64,000 nt of DNA, taken from Octopus sinensis (Eukaryota). Shown piece after piece: positions 24,187 to 35,760 of this stretch. The DNA lies in assembly GCF_006345805.1 (NCBI RefSeq), contig NC_043010.1:49104001-49168000 (forward strand). Direction: 5' to 3'. Positions within the stretch are counted from its first letter, which is position 1, and every line of letters begins with the position of its first letter. Below the pieces are notes generated by a model, which was not told the origin of the DNA, did no database searches, and worked only from the letters and a program-made list of their open reading frames with translations. A program made the position numbers and the translations under genes.

Positions 24187-24400
24187 AAAATGTAACCGCG
24201 TGTGTACCGTTGTCGATTTTTTTCCTCCGTCTTCCCTTCTTTGGATCTTTCCTTTTCCTATGTTTCTGACGAAGAGCTCCGCTCGAAATATTAAACCCTC
24301 CTTCTTTCCTTCTCTCCTGAGCGTCCAATAATACTATATTTGTTCCACGTCCTCGCGTTGTTGTGTTTTCTCTTTGTGTTTTCATGTTTGGATTAACTTT
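24185..24400 (+). mobile_element. Penelope-like element terminal fragment carrying a hammerhead motif, embedded in (TA)n
   Basis: Pyrimidine-rich, CpG-retaining segment between two (TA)n tracts with a CTGACGA...GAAA core; minimal hammerheads are an established feature of PLE pseudo-LTRs. Confidence 0.65.
24262..24296 (+). ncRNA. Minimal type I hammerhead ribozyme motif
   Basis: GTTT-CTGACGA-A-GAGC(TCC)GCTC-GAAA-TA-TT-AAAC: stem I GTTT/AAAC, both core boxes intact, stem II 4 bp, palindromic stem III ATAT. Confidence 0.7.
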
Positions 24401-26209
24401 ATATATATATATAAACATTTATTCTATTTTTAATGCAGGCTTCACATTTCCATTCATGCACATTAATGCAACCAACCAACCAACCAAAGTGTTAGCATAT
24501 TTAATAACGAGTGGCATTAAAATGCTAATTGAAACTTTCTGTTGATGAGAACTTCCTGCTGCAAAACCTAATCAAGTGATACAAAGTCTACATGTCTTTT
24601 TTTTTTTTTTTCCTGAGACTGGTATCCAACAGAGGAAATAGAAAGACTATCACATTTTCATTAACATAATTTTTACTGTCTTGTAATAAAAAAAAAAAAA
24701 GTTATAATTATTCTTTCTCAAACTGGCGCAAATCCAGAAACTTTAAAAGTGAATAACTAACCGAATTGACCGTATCGCTCTCAAATTAAATCCCATTGAC
24801 TTGGTTTTTCAGAGAGATTCAGTGCTATTTTATTAACTAACCATCCTGTTGCTAAGCATTACCTGTTTTTCAAATAAACTATTTTATTAACCAGTTTATG
24901 GCCACACTTCTCATGAAACTGTTAGAATAGTAAGAGTCACTTAAAAGTAACAAAATATTTCAGTACTGTCACTACAATGTCACTGACTTCCAAATAACAC
25001 ATTCAGAGCATACTGTTAATATAGTTCAACACTATACATATATACAAAGACACACATATATATATCCATTTGTGTTAAATGTCGGGGGAAAAAAGAGTAC
25101 TCAATACCATAGTAGAGATCAATAATATTTCATTTTGGTTGAGTCAGTTTCTTGCCACTTTCAGTTTCACCTGTAAATGCACAGGATCTTCAGGAAAGTG
25201 ATAACTTGACCAAAATTATATGTATACATGTATTATATATGTCCTTTTACTAATTACATACTTTTTATTTATTATTTTATACTTTAATTATTGGTATATG
25301 TTTTTATTGTATATCTAATTTTTTTCTATATGATATAATTTAATTATATCATTATTATTTCATTGTTGAATTGATAAAAGGTTGGTTCTTCCCTAATTTA
25401 TATACATATACATATATTTGTCTATTTCCCATATATTTCTCATTTTCTACATGTAATTCATGAACTAAAAACATTTACCTTAGGCACAAGGCCCCACACT
25501 TTGAGAGCAGGAGCTGTCAAGTCATCATCTACTGATGGGATGTGAACTTAGGACAAAGAGTTGTGCTTCAATTTTCAAATAATCATGAACTTGGAGGGCT
25601 TTAGTAAATCACCAAACTCTTCCATTTATGGGTATAATTAATCTGAGTTTCGGAACTGAAAAAGTCCTTACATACAATTACATAAAATTTCAATTTAAAC
25701 CTAAACACTTAAAACCAGGTTTTTGTATCAGAGAACTAGAGATGATTTCAGATTAGAATTAAGAGATAATGTTCCAGTTTATCTTGAACATTGTTTAATA
25801 TAAAATATGTCATCATCATCATGATCGTTTAACATCCATTTTCCATACTGGCATGGGTTGGACGGTTTGACTGGGGTCTGGGAAGCCAGGAGGCTGCGTC
25901 AGGCTCCTATCTGATCTGGCAGTGTTTCTACAGCTGGATGCCCTTCCTAACGCCAAATTTTAAATTATAAATTTTAAATTATAGGACATGTATTCATGAA
26001 TAGAGCAGAAAATGTGAAGTAATGTACTATTGTATAAGACCTTATACTATATCCTAGATATGCTCCTGTCACCACTGCCATTACTTAATATCCTGAACCC
26101 AAACAGTCAGTACAGCTGTTATAACATGCATTACTTCCAGGAAGCAATTGGAATAAGAAAAGCAAAACAAAACCTTTCAAATGAAGAAATAATACAATCA
26201 ATGCCATAC

Positions 26210-26262
26210 CTCAATTCAAACTCAGCAAACAATTTATCAAATATCGTCAATGCCTCTTTAAT
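26210..26262 (-). CDS. ZFYVE28: LST2 exon (53 nt, phase 0-2): IKEALTIFDKLFAEFEL(S)
   Basis: Matches LST2 MREALRHFDVLFAEFELS; acceptor tatttcag, donor GTATGG; frame fits both neighbours. Confidence 0.93.
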
Positions 26263-27453
26263 CTGAAATAAAATGGCAAAGAGAAATTGATGAATTACAA
26301 TCTTAATATTTTCATTTGCTTCATATTTAAAACACATCTTGTTTCCATTTTTTGTTTCTCCAATTTGAATAATTTTATATACTTTTTAACAAGCTAACTA
26401 GTTGTGACACCAGCACCTGTTCTGGCACTGTCTATATATCGCTGGCAGGGAAATGAATCGCTGGTGTCTTTAGTGGTCGAGCATCCATCATTGACAAGAC
26501 CAAACAAGGTCGAAATCACATGATCTGGTGGTTTTGATGCTGAAAGTGACGAGGATTTATCTCTTTGCTAGCAATATATACAAGGATGCATTTTGCACCA
26601 AAAAACCAATATGAGAGTTTCTTTCATGGTAACTACCACAGCAAAGTTTGTTCTAACAAATCTTGTTTAAGAGAGGATAAATATTACTTCTCTGGATTAA
26701 TACTGCTTCTGTTGCTAATATATAATTTGAGTACGTTTGACAATAAAGAGAGAAAAAACTAGTGAAACAAAAAGCCATAATTGACTCTCAAATCTAAAAA
26801 GACCCACTGTTAGAATCTCTTAGAAGAAAGAAAGAGTTGCTGAATATTTATCGTTTTCAGTGGACTTACATTTCTAAGGCTACTGGCTTGCCAGTAACTC
26901 AGTTAAACTATCCAATCCATGCTAGCATGGAAAGCCTTGATTAAACAATGATGATGATACAGAATGGCAGGATTTTGTCCCTTGCATAGCTTTACATACA
27001 TCTTGAAGCACTGACTGTTGATTTTTTAAGCCCAGCTCAACTATGATCAAAGGTGTGCTAGCTGTGATCATCCCATCTTTTATGTAGACAGCCTATCTAG
27101 GACTACATTGTCTAATGTAGTGTTTTTTTTTTTTTTTTTTTTTTTGCTTTTCTTTCTAAAGATGGTAGTGTGTTATTTGAAAGGGAGCTGGTATTTTTAA
27201 CAGGTCAAACAACCTCATAGAGGGGCTCCCTCATTGGTTCATTCACTTTCATTATTTCATGAAAATGTAGAATTGAATTTTGCAAGAAGAAATACTTATT
27301 CATCCATCTTTTATCACCAAGATGAAAGCATCTCTTACACAGGTTATGGGAAAACCCTCTACATTCTTGGAGCATTAAAAAAAAAACCCCAATAATTAGC
27401 TCTGCTGACCTTAAAAAATGTTGGAAACATATGAAGTGTTCAAAATCACTTAC

Positions 27454-27603
27454 TCGTTCTGTGTAGACATTGATATTTTTTAAACATTGCTCCCGCAATA
27501 TACTGCGTAAACTATCCAGATTTTTGGTTAGTGCTCGGGCCAAAGGTCGCATACTTGCACTTTCAACCTCTCGATTCATTATGGTCGATCCTGCAGCTAA
27601 ACA
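27454..27603 (-). CDS. ZFYVE28: LST2 exon (150 nt, phase 0-0): [50 protein letters not shown]
   Basis: Matches LST2 [22 protein letters not shown]; acceptor tttattgcag, donor GTAAGT. Confidence 0.95.
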
Positions 27604-28551
27604 CTGCAATAAACAAAAGACAATTATACAATTTGAATTATCATTATTTTCGTGCTTTCTTCAAATATCTGAAGAATGTTCAAAAGAAAACAGTTTTCAT
27701 ACATAATAAAAGAAAACATGTGTAGCTTTTGCTGCCAAAGCTCTGCACCCTTAATATGGCAACTTGTCAAAAGCTCACCACAGGTGAAGGTGGGGTGATA
27801 TGTTGTTTATAAATTAAAATTTTGTAAGCTTAAAAGCAGATGTAAGAAATGAAATATACTCAACAGGTCAAGACCATTCTGTGCCAAATATCCACCCACT
27901 TGTGGCTAATACAATAAATTGGATTAGTATAATATATTAGCCAGGTCGCTGGCTATACTGCACTGGAGAAACAGTTGTAAAATTGCTTTGCTTCAGACTG
28001 ATTTGAAAATGGCAAACGAAGAGACACCCAGAAAAATCTACAATGTATAAATCTACGTATGTTGTCTGACGAATGTGACTCTCAGATGATCAGCAGGTTG
28101 AAATGCTGCTTTTCATTACATAAATTAATAGCCCGGTGTTGTAGCATGGATTGTGTAGTTAACTATATTTTGACACAATCCAATGCACAAAAATAAACAT
28201 ATGATAGATAATATAATAGAAGTAAAGTAACCCAGAACAGACAATATACAAAATAATGCTTTATATATTTGCTTAATAACTCATTGAGAAGAATGATACA
28301 GTGGAAGCATAACAGGTCCTTAACCCAGAATTCTGGAAATCAAAATTATGCTCTGCAAAGAAATAGATGCTATTTTTGATATGTACACATTGAGTTGTCT
28401 ATAAATATACTGATAACATATGTATATGTACCTATGGGGGTAGGCACAAATTATATTATGCAATGAAGTATATACAAGGTCAAAGGGGTCACTAAAACCC
28501 AAGTAATGTAGTGGGTAGAGACGACAACAACAACAATAGTGTGTGTGTGTA

Positions 28552-28771
28552 TTAACCCATTTTAACCCACTGTCCTTGTTTGAGGACAGTTGTATTTGGT
28601 CTGTTTACTGCAATAAGGGTTAACTGGACACAAAACAGTGCTTGTTGTATTTATTTAACCATTGTATTTGGTTTATTTATTGCAATAAAGGTTAACTGGA
28701 CGCTTCTGTATGTTTGTTATCCCTATTTATATAACTGTCTTCAAAATCATGACAAGGTTAACTTGGGTTAA
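28552..28771. mobile_element. Small TIR element with TTAA ends and an internal ~70-bp tandem duplication
   Basis: ttaaccca.ttaacc..tgtc.t..tttga.gacagtt at both ends in inverted orientation; ttgtatttggt.t.ttta.tgcaataa.ggttaactggac occurs twice inside. Confidence 0.65.
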
Positions 28772-29000
28772 AAGGATTTCAGAAATAGTCACAGTGTGTC
28801 AGACAAATAGTATAGATAACTGATCAAGGCATCAAATTGATTTTGATACATTCATCGGAAATATGAGATTTCTTATATTGTGGTACAAGGTAGGATCAGA
28901 GTTCAAGTGACTCAATTACAGTGTGTGTGTGTGTGTATACTTGGAAATGGATGTGTGGCATTCAATTAAATAAATTATATATATATATTATATATATATA

Positions 29001-29709
29001 TGGGTACAGGACGTCACCAACTGTGTAAAAAACATAAAATACAAAGATGAGAGAAAAAATGGAAAACAGGACAAGTAAATACAGAGAATAACCCTTATAT
29101 TATTTATATTATTATTCAATTGAACACCACGCATCCATTTCAAAGTAAGTTTATCTTAACCTTTTTGATGCGACTCTATACTGATTTCTCCCCCATCCTT
29201 TTCTAATTCTCTTTTTCTCCCCCTTCATCATTTTCTATCTGTCTCTCTCCCCCTCTTTCTTTTTCTCTCTCTTGTTGCTCACACGTGACCATCGTCCATC
29301 TTTCTTTTCCTGCACAGACGTTCAAAGGACTGGACGTTTTCTCTCTCTCTTCTCTTTTCAAAGAAAATATTTCTCCCGGCATTCACCATTTTCCTCTCGT
29401 TCTGGTCTAAAGACCCTCCATGTATGTTTTCATTCAGTTTCCTTGTATGTCTCCACTGCCCTGTTTTTGTTCCCAACTTTGACACTCCATAAATCCTAAA
29501 TTTTATTTTGGAATATATGGGAGCAACTGTCTTTGAAGACTCATACTATCATTGAATGTTTGAAATGAGGAGTAGACAGACAGCCGACAACTGATGAAGG
29601 GTCATTCTGTGTTTACTTGCTCTGCTTTCCATTTTTTCTGTCGTTTGCATATTTAACTTGTTTGTTTTCATATTTCATGTTTTTTACAGTTGGTGACATC
29701 CTGTACCCA
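29001..29709 (+). mobile_element. Penelope-like (or TIR-like) non-autonomous element with a ~95-bp inverted copy of its right end at the left end
   Basis: tgggtacaggacgtcaccaactgt...aataaccctt at left mirrors aagggtcattc...acagttggtgacatcctgtaccca at right; flanked by TA-rich tracts; homologous to 48230-49180. Confidence 0.6.
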
Positions 29710-29740
29710 TATATGCATATGTATATATATAATTTATATT

Positions 29741-29792
<52 letters not shown>

Positions 29793-29974
29793 CACACACA
29801 CACACATACACTCATGGTAGTTATTTTAATGATCCTGGAGATATGAGCTAGCATAATCTAATCTCTTGGAACTTGAAATTAATATGTAGGAGACAAAAAA
29901 AGAACTGAAAGCATTTAATGTCGTACTTTACCAATTCTGCTTATATCACAGACCTAAAAATGACACTAAACAGG

Positions 29975-30360
29975 TGCAGGCATGGATGTATGGTTAAGAA
30001 GCTTGCTTCTCAACCACAAAGTTTCAGGTTCAGTCCTACTACACGACAACTTGGGAATGTGTCTTCTGCTATAGCTTCAGACCAACGAAAGCCTTACAAG
30101 TGAATTTGGTAGAGAGAAACTAAAAGAAATCTATTGTGCATGTGACTCCCCGTCTTGATATCACATGGTTGTTGTAAATGAATGACATTCATTTCCAATA
30201 TTCTGTGAAAACATGTCTGGCCAGTGGGGGGGGGGATATTATCTTGTTAGGAAACAGGTCAGTGCTGGTGACATGAAGGGCACCTAGCTGTAGAAAATCT
30301 GCCTTGATGAACCTCATCTAACCCATACAAGCATAGAAAAGCAGATGTTAAAATAATAAT
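29975..30360 (+). mobile_element. SINE family E: family-A tRNA head joined to a family-B-like tail; tail-only pieces at ~4175-4330, 5215-5330, 41655-41830, 59985-60070
   Basis: ggatgtatggttaagaagcttgc...ggttcagtcc head, then gaagggcacctagctgtagaaaatctgcc...gcatagaaaagcagatgttaaa tail. Confidence 0.6.
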
Positions 30361-30704
30361 AAACATGGTGATGATTTCTAACATTCTGGCACAAGGCCAA
30401 ATATTTTGTGAGATTCAATTAACCCTATGATAATAATTGTTCTGAATATAGACAGACAGGTCACAAATTGGGGGAGGTCATCATCATCATCATCATCGTT
30501 TAACATCTGTTTTCCATGCTACCATGGGTTGGACAATTTGACTGAGGACTGGCGAACCAGATGGCTGCACCAGGCTCCAATCTTGATCTAGCAGAGTTTC
30601 TACAGTTGGATACCCTTCCTTATCGCCAACCACTCCGAGAGTGTAGTGAGTGCTTTTACGTGCCACCGGCACAACGGCCAGTCGGGCTAAACCCATCTCA
30701 GTGC

Positions 30705-31280
30705 TTGGCTATTACTTTGTTTTATCAGTCTTGGCGAGATGAAAGCCAAAGTCAACCCTGATGGGATTGGAACTCAGAATACAAAGAGCCAGAACAAATA
30801 TCACAAACCAATTTTCTAATGTATTAACATCCTGCCAACCGACCATCTGAAATAGGTTCTAATTTGGGACACAAAGCCAGCAATTTAGAGGAACTGATTA
30901 TATCAACTCTAGTATTTGACTGGTACTTTATTTCATCAATATTGGAGGGATGAGAAGCAAAGGTGACTTGACAGGATTTAAACTCAGAATGTAAGGATTT
31001 GGAACAAGTACTGTGAAGTATTTTGTCTGACATCATACTGATTCTGCCAATACACCACCTTCATAACAACAAAAAAATTGTTTCAAATTATGACACAAGG
31101 CTAACAATTTTAGCAGGATAGTGGGTAGTTGATTACATCGAACTCCAGTACTTGACTGGCACTTTATTTTGTCAACCTTGAAAGGATGGAATGTAGCATT
31201 TGAGCTCAGCAAGTGAAATTGCCAAAAGAAATACTGCTAAGCATTTTTGATGCACTAATCATTCTGCAAGCTCACTGCCC
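30705..31280 (-). mobile_element. SINE family C, three degenerate tandem copies
   Basis: Three repeats of the core/head, separated by cacaaggc/cacaaagc tail motifs. Confidence 0.65.
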
Positions 31281-31884
31281 TAACGATAATAAAAGTAACT
31301 TTATAACTATTTAAAAGGAAAAAGAAAAAAAAATTAATGTAAAAAATATCAACAATAAAGCTAGTGGAGAACTAGAAAAGGCAGTAATAAAGACAAGAAT
31401 TTAATGAACAATAAAAATCGAATTAATAAACTATAAAAATGCTGGAAGTATCATATGTAATATGAAAATGATTATAATGAATGTAGAACCAAGAAATATC
31501 TACATCTTATAATTATAATCACTTTCATTTAGATATATAGTGCAACTATCTCCACTGCCCTTCAACCATAATCATATTGCTTAGATATTGTACTTATAGT
31601 GGGTCAGCTGCCCAGTTTGGTACTATTATGGATGAGCAAACCTATGATCAAATTCATTCAAGGCATGACCCTTCAAACTTACTTTTTTTAAGGACAGCTT
31701 GATATCCTTATCAACTGTTTAACAATACAGCAACCTATGAGTTGTGGTTTTCATTCTCTTTTCTTCCAGTAGTCTCAGAGGCCCTGCAAAAGGTCATGAG
31801 CTATGCCCTGCTTCCTCTGACTAAAGCCAATAAATAAATAATCTTTTTTTGTTTTTGTTTTGATAAATTCTAAATCATTTATTT

Positions 31885-32275
31885 GTGGCTGTGTGTGGTA
31901 AGTAGCTTGCTTACCAACCACATGGTTCCAGGTTCAGTCCCACTGTGTGGCACTTTGGGCAAGTGTCTTCTACTATAGCCTCAGGCCAACCAAGGCCTTG
32001 TGAGTAGATTTGGTAGACGGAAACTGAAAGAAGCCTGTCGTGTATATGTATATATATGTGTGTGTGTGTGTTTGTCCTCCCAACATCGCTTGACAACCGA
32101 TGCTGGTGTGTTTACGTCCCCGTAACTTAGCAGTTCGCCAAAAGAGACCGATAGAATAAGTACTAGGCTTACAAAGAATAAGTCCTGGGGTCGATTTGCT
32201 CGACTAAAGGCGGTGCTCCAGCATGGCCTCAGTCAAATGACTGAAACAAGTAAAAGAGTAAAGGAGAGTAAAGAG
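31885..32275 (+). mobile_element. SINE family A, full length
   Basis: A-box-like tggctgtgtgtggt, B-box-like ggttcagtccc, ctttgggcaagtg central motif, (TA/TG)n spacer, (AGTAAAAG)n-like tail. Confidence 0.85.
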
Positions 32276-32691
32276 TGTTAATTTTAACTCTCTAGATATA
32301 ACACAAACAGCATTTTAGCTATCATTTTGCCAGAATCTTTATAAAACATTTTCCCATCTGAAACAAGCTTCTGTCATTTCATATAGACTAAAAACCTCTG
32401 ACTACTAAATGGACCACCTAAAATGCACAGAAAGAGAAAACTGAAGCTAGAAGCAAGACACATAACGACTATTTATTTCTGTTTTATGGATGAGTGGTTA
32501 ATAGTTGTTTAGTCCCAGACAAGCCCTGATTAAATAAATATATGATGAAAAGCATTCCAGCTATAACCATTCAATCTATTTTCGAAATTTCAGCCAATGT
32601 ACCTAGAGCTACATTATGTAATACAACGATTCTCAAAGTGAGAAATCCTAAATAACTAAACCTAAGTAACTACCCCAACTCAACCTCATTG

Positions 32692-32899
32692 TTAACCCTT
32701 TTGTTACTATATGTCTGTTCAAATTAATTTGTTCCAAACATGAGCTTATTAATGATAGCTGTTTCATTAAATCCTTTGTTATTTTAAAAATGAAAACGAA
32801 ATTTTGACGGAAGATTTTAATTTAGATTACTTTAAAAACAAGAAGTTTGTGTGATAGAACAAGAGACAGTCTCAGGTGAGTTGGTCTCAAAAGGACTAA
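32692..32899. mobile_element. Second TTAA-CCCTT-type MITE family; related pieces at ~42650-42872, ~61243-61461 and ~7945-8085
   Basis: ttaacccttttgttac...caaaagg termini; shared ttattttactaaattctt and gagacagtctcaggt motifs. Confidence 0.5.
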
Positions 32900-32912
32900 T
32901 GAGAAAAAAAAA

Positions 32913-33275
32913 ACTCTCTTTAATTGTTTCAGTCATTTGACTGCGGCCATGCTGGAGCACTGCCCTTAGTCGAGCAAATCAACCTCAGGACTTATTCTTT
33001 GTAAGCCTAGTACTTATTCTATCGGTCTCTTTTGCCAAACCGCTAAGTTACGGGGACGTAAACACACCAGCATCTGTTGTCAAGCGATGTTGGGAGACAG
33101 ACAGACACACAAACATATATACGACGGGCTTCTTTCAGTTTCCATCTACCAAACCCAGTCACAAGGCTTTGGTTGGCCCAAAGTTACAGTAGAAGACACT
33201 TGTCCAAGGTGCCACACAGTGGGAATGAACCCAGAACCATGTGGTTGGTAAGCAAACTACTTACCACACAGCCCT
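32913..33275 (-). mobile_element. SINE family A, full length, inverted relative to the 31885 copy
   Basis: Reverse complement of the family A consensus over its whole length. Confidence 0.85.
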
Positions 33276-34229
33276 ATCCATAAATCTTTTTTTTTTGTGA
33301 CAGAGTTTTAAAACCATCTATTTTATTAAACATGTTAAATTTGTCTACCCACTTTGCAATCTTCATAGTTTCCATAAATGAGAAACAATAAAGCATTGAG
33401 AATGTCATCTTAACACAGTTCAAATGAAAGAAATTTAGTTATCTCTAGTAGGTCAAGTAAACAAGTAGGTAGCCTAGCCTTTTTATGTCTCCAAGATACA
33501 AGCCTAGACAGGATTATCTTTTAATGGAAGACCAGCAGCTACACAGGGCTACTGTAAAAATCTCCTGTCCCCATGCCAATAGTGATGCCCTAGAGCAGGA
33601 GTATCAAATTCGTTTGGCGCAGCAGTCGAGACTGTAATACAAACTAGATCGTGTGGGCTGAATTGAAGTATAAACTAAATAGCAGCGTTGGCTATAGAAA
33701 ATGGATAAAGGGGTCAAGAGACATAACAAGTTTATTGACAATAAAGGAACAAACAAAGTTAGAAAAGTTTGTGTACAGAGATGTGGTGGTGGTAGTGGGG
33801 GTCACCAAATGGTATATATTGTCCTATTAAGTAAAAATACTTATAATGTAAACAGACAGAAATTGTCCAAATGAATGTAGACACTTCTTGAAGGCTAATA
33901 CTTGAGAGAATGCTTGCACCGTTTCAATTGCAAAAAATTTTCAATATCATTCGTATCACTAGAATTGATTCAAGAAAACAAGTGTATAAATTATGGATGG
34001 GATCTATTAGGCTTGGTATGTATAAACAAAATGGAAGGGAAAACAGATCACATCTTTAAGTGGATTCATAATCACATCTTTATATGGATTCATAAGCTTC
34101 TTTTTCAGTGATTAGAACAAAAGATTTCCTAAGATGCACTGATCTGACTGATCGGAACTTATGTTAATTGCAACTCTAACCAAGCCCAAACTCTGAATAC
34201 AGAATATTTTTCCTTTTTATAAACCAGAC

Positions 34230-34760
34230 TAGCCTATATACATCCTTATACACTGGTGGTCACAATGCACTTCTATTCTTCCCTTCACTGCACTCTTCTC
34301 CATTTGGGCCTGAACTGTTTGGCATGCCATCTTCCTATCACCTTGGAGGTCTCTTCCAGGTGAGCTCTCCCAATAGATACTTCTCAACAACTGCACAGAT
34401 CCACCTGTTGTCTGTGAACCTTGCAACATGTCTAGCCTAGCAAAACTCGTGCTTTTGATTCTCAAATTACCTTGATTCAGATATGTTCTAGCAATGATAT
34501 TCTTAGCATGGATCTTTCCAGAGACCACTATATCATAGCAAGTTGCTGTTCTTTATTCATAGCAGCACATGTCTTGCATATAAGAGCACAAGTGGGACAA
34601 TACACACAGGCTCTTATCCATCAATGCTTTGAGCATATCGTTAATCAAAACAAACACTTTTCATCCTGCTTTTATTCTGTGTGAGATTTCAATGAGATCA
34701 TGTCTCAGCATATATTTACTGCCAATTCTAAATAAACATATTCCTTCACCTCAATTTTAT
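34230..34760 (-). mobile_element. RTE-clade LINE 3' remnant (degenerate)
   Basis: Minus frame reads RHVARFTDNRWICAVVEKY...KRPP, similar to the RTE C-terminal GHVAR..DNRW...V.EW.P...KR..GRP motif; frameshifts and stops present. Confidence 0.65.
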
Positions 34761-35516
34761 TGCTTCTCACCATGGAGTACTGGACTAAACATTGTCCTAG
34801 AGAAAAGAAAAGGTCAGTATAACTTAGCACTAGTGTCATTGTAGTGTTGCCTATGGCATTTACCAAACACAGGGAAGAATTTTTGCTCAATATTACAAGT
34901 TTACAAACCCTGCTATGATTTAATATTGCCTAACATGTACAGAAATTTAATGATTGCAGCTAAATAAATAAATCTATAAATGAAATCAATTATCCAGAAA
35001 AAAATTACTATACAACACTAAGATATAAAATTAATCAATGCAACACCTAACTTGCTTAACATACTAGTTACATAAAAAAAAAGTACTTAGCTGTCATTCA
35101 CAAATCAGTGCAACCTAGTAGCTGGTACCAAGTTTTCACTAATTGTTTTAGAAATTTAGATACTTCCACAGCAAAGACCAGATAGACACCCTCTTGCTCC
35201 ACCATTGACAGTGAAATACTGAGGATGTGACAGCTGGAACAAGTGAAGGTTGTACCAGCAGTCAGTTGGTACTCCTTTTCACTTTAGTGCATGGGAACAA
35301 TATGAAATGATGTTCCTTGCTCAAGAACACAGCACAACATAGTGCTGTACTCACCACATACATATACACTGTACACATTAACACTTACTTTGCTGTTTTC
35401 CATGTGGATAGTATTAATGGATTATTTCTTTCATGCTTTATGTAATCTTTATCTGAGGATATTCATCTAACTCCATTTACTTAGTAGACAAGTGAATGAC
35501 AATATTTCAGTGTGTA

Positions 35517-35760
35517 AAGGCAGCAAGTTAGCAGAATCATTAGTACATGGGTGAGCTGGCAGAAACGTTAGCATGCCGGGTGAAATGCTTAGCCATATTT
35601 CGCCTGCTGCTATGTTCTGAGTTCAAATTCCACCGAGGTCGACTTTGCCTTTCATCCTTTCAGGGTCGATTAAATAAGTACCAGTTACGCACTGGGGTCG
35701 ATATAATCGACTTAATCCATTTGTCTGTCCTTGTTTGTCCCCTCTGTGTGTAGCCCCTTG
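35517..35760 (+). mobile_element. SINE family C, well-preserved copy; further copies at ~35975-36180, 36440-36620, 38205-38350, 41445-41600, 52530-52700, 53060-53265
   Basis: gtgagctggcagaaacgttagc...gagttcaaattccaccgaggtcgactttgcctttcatcctttcagggtcgat. Confidence 0.8.
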
